A DNA stretch of 32,724 nt. Source: Acutalibacteraceae bacterium (GTDB taxonomy: Bacteria > Bacillota > Clostridia > Oscillospirales > Acutalibacteraceae). The notes under the pieces were generated by a model. It searched no databases and was not told where the DNA came from. It saw only the letters and a list, made by a program, of their open reading frames with translations. A program made the translations under genes and the position numbers. Below, piece by piece: positions 32,610-32,724 of the stretch (positions within the stretch are counted from its first letter, which is position 1; every line of letters begins with the position of its first letter). Location of the stretch: positions 1-32,724 of the forward strand of contig JAZSOY010000222.1 of assembly GCA_045537155.1 (NCBI GenBank). The letters run 5' to 3'.

Positions 32610-32724
32610 GGTGGACCCGAAGGGTGATGGTACAGCGAATCGGCAGGTACTCGTTTGCCGGTTTCGGTACAGCGTGGCAGGGCGGTGCAATCCCACGGCC
32701 TAAAAACAGTCCACCGGACTGTTT
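32607..32724 (+). repeat. 118-nt structured repeat unit, copy 2 (truncated by the window end)
   Basis: This is a direct repeat of 32425-32542 at 117/118 identity. The window ends exactly within or at its terminal hairpin. Confidence 0.6.

Noticed and set aside
32291-32724. ORFs of 66-78 aa on both strands across the 118-nt repeats. I also considered a CRISPR array, 5S rRNA, tRNA, a T-box, and a glycine, FMN or cobalamin riboswitch.
   Set aside because: - **ORFs:** they are repeat-generated and cross terminator hairpins.
- **CRISPR:** the repeats are 118 nt with a 64-nt spacer, and no cas genes are present.
- **5S rRNA:** the unit starts UUUGGUGG and contains GAUGGUAC, like 5S, but lacks the conserved CCGAACACGGAAGUUAAGC core.
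- **tRNA:** no cloverleaf or T-loop GTTCGAATC is present.
- **T-box:** the match (GGGUGAUGGUACAGCG against GGGUGGUACCGCG) is broken by insertions, and no Stem I or specifier exists.
- **Glycine riboswitch:** the (CCGAAGGG) resemblance is isolated, with the other class signatures absent.
- **FMN or cobalamin riboswitch:** the (GGUGCAAUCC) resemblance is likewise isolated, with the other class signatures absent.

Overview
This is a chromosomal segment from what looks like a moderately GC-rich, endospore-forming anaerobic Firmicute. The Clostridia-like guess rests on gene content only: the yqfC-yqfD-phoH-ybeY-dgkA-era-yqzL-recO-mutS2 order, ylbJ, a class III ribonucleotide reductase and a [FeFe]-hydrogenase-like sensor. 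All protein calls come from reading the supplied translations for family motifs. No database search was run.

I support about 32 protein genes, most of them housekeeping:
- rplM (3' end) and rpsI
- serC-serA
- a DUF218 protein and an aldo/keto reductase
- a transglutaminase-like lipoprotein
- HAD hydrolase, mutS2, recO, yqzL, era, dgkA, ybeY, phoH, yqfD and yqfC, all on the minus strand
- ylbJ
- two tandem cyclophilins
- trxB, nrdD, nrdG and mrp, all on the minus strand
- a PglC-like sugar transferase plus a P-loop NTPase
- hemolysin III
- an sdpR/sdpI-like pair

I saw no rRNA, tRNA, CRISPR array, transposase or integrase.

The parts most worth a second look are:
1. The last ~875 bp (31849-32724) has no credible ORF. 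It carries two divergent near-consensus promoters, several intrinsic-terminator hairpins, and a 118-nt structured unit present twice (117/118 identical, period 182 nt). The second copy is cut by the window edge.
2. A tight six-gene minus-strand operon (4912 to 1242) is built around a HydS-like putative sensory [FeFe]-hydrogenase. It sits with an RsbW-like ATPase, two DRTGG proteins, YbaK and PHP, and no catalytic hydrogenase genes are nearby.
3. NrdD carries a C-terminal CxxC redoxin domain and is followed by trxB. An NrdR box and a terminator overlapping the nrdD promoter lie upstream.
4. A ~283-bp nested inverted-repeat element lies between yqfD and phoH.
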